From assembly GCF_001673635.1 (NCBI RefSeq), contig NZ_LZMH01000023.1, positions 88,229-120,228 of the forward strand: a DNA stretch of 32,000 bases, in the 5' to 3' direction. The stretch comes from Mycobacterium asiaticum (GTDB lineage Bacteria; Actinomycetota; Actinomycetes; Mycobacteriales; Mycobacteriaceae). Position numbers and translations under genes: made by a program. How positions within the stretch are numbered: position 1 is the first letter of the stretch; the number at the start of each line of letters is the position of its first letter. Shown here in pieces: positions 31,568 through 32,000 of the stretch. A model generated the notes under the pieces. The model saw only the letters and a list, made by a program, of their open reading frames with translations. It did not search any database and was not told the DNA's origin.

Positions 31568-32000
31568 CTGAAGATCCCGGTCCGGTCCAGCGTCTCGGTC
31601 AACCGGCGGGCCGCGTCGGTGAACTGCCACACCGTGTGCTCGACCACCGCGACGGCGTCCCGGGCCCGCAACCCGGCGATCAGCCGGCGATGGTTGTCGA
31701 TCGCTGACGCTCCCCACTGCGGATCGGCGGCGTACAGCTGCGCCGGCATATAGCGCGCGGCGTTCAGCAGAAACCAGGCCAGCTTGATCCGGCCGCTGGC
31801 CTGGTTGAACACCCGGTGGAAAGAGAACTCCAGCGAGGCGATGGCTTCGGTGTCGGCGGCTGACACGGCCGCGGCGAGCAGGTCGTTGATCCGTTCGAGC
31901 TCGGCAATGTCGCGTTCGGTGATGCGGTCGGTGGCGGTGACGGCCAGCTCCCGCGCGATGGTGGCCTGCAGCCAGAAGATGTCTTCGATGTCCTGGCGGG
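31561..32000 (-). CDS. mce1R: GntR/FadR-family regulator, C-terminal FCD domain only (Mce1R / Rv0165c-like); the N-terminus lies beyond the window
   Basis: The frame is open from 32000 down to the TAG at 31563-31561. It encodes ...RQDIEDIFWLQATIARELAVTATDRITERDIAELERINDLLAAAVSAADTEAIASLEFSFHRVFNQASGRIKLAWFLLNAARYM..., which is FCD-domain-like. The position after TB18.5 matches H37Rv. Confidence 0.75.
   Translation of the reverse strand, partial: RQDIEDIFWLQATIARELAVTATDRITERDIAELERINDLLAAAVSAADTEAIASLEFSFHRVFNQASGRIKLAWFLLNAARYMPAQLYAADPQWGASAIDNHRRLIAGLRARDAVAVVEHTVWQFTDAARRLTETLDRTGIFSS

Noticed and set aside
1-32000. A search for mobile elements, integrases, tRNA/rRNA genes, CRISPR repeats, toxin-antitoxin pairs or defence-system genes that could explain the accessory block.
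   Set aside because: None was found. No transposase- or integrase-like ORFs are present, and no terminal inverted repeats flank the 10.6-29.4 kb block. The only tandem repeats are those at 16237-16269 and 31464-31567. Composition looks native throughout, apart from the short PE intergenic AT-rich patch.

Overview
High-GC mycobacterial chromosomal DNA that is almost fully coding. I found no rRNA, tRNA, CRISPR array, IS element or phage gene. From my memory of M. tuberculosis H37Rv, the backbone matches Rv0151c-Rv0165c: PE genes, ptpB, fadE2, the Rv0158-like TetR, a PE gene, adhE1, Rv0163, TB18.5 and mce1R. The window therefore probably lies just upstream of an mce1 locus. There are three main blocks. 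(1) Five PE-family genes (one partial), four with a PE-PPE serine-hydrolase-like domain, flank ptpB-fadE2 (1-10540). (2) About 19 kb (10631-29427) holds some 20 tightly packed redox and acyl-CoA genes: P450, two SDRs, an MDR dehydrogenase, an LLM oxidoreductase, an FAD oxidase, an ACAD, an enoyl-CoA hydratase, a family III CoA-transferase, an HpcH aldolase, an SMP-30 lactonase, an HSL-type esterase, TesB-like thioesterases, NTF2/SnoaL, NIPSNAP and DUF427 proteins, and a TetR. As far as I recall, H37Rv has only Rv0161 at this position. (3) The conserved right flank is adhE1, a thioesterase, TB18.5 and mce1R. The most interesting non-coding signal is a roughly 31-nt AT-rich motif (CTTTACAAAT-N7-AAA-N-TGTCA-N-GC). 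It occurs three times: twice, exactly 60 bp apart, in the divergent promoter region at 17090-17180, and once upstream of the P450 operon at 23162-23192. This suggests a shared regulon for an uncharacterised catabolic island. Other signals are a 19-20 bp inverted repeat between fadE2 and a DUF1348 gene, a 2 x 52-bp MIRU-like structured tandem repeat that supplies the mce1R stop codon, a 3 x 11-nt phased repeat inside an operon, a 41-codon ORF with a strong Shine-Dalgarno sequence, and several overlapping convergent gene ends. All functional calls rest on motif and family recognition by eye. No database search was run.
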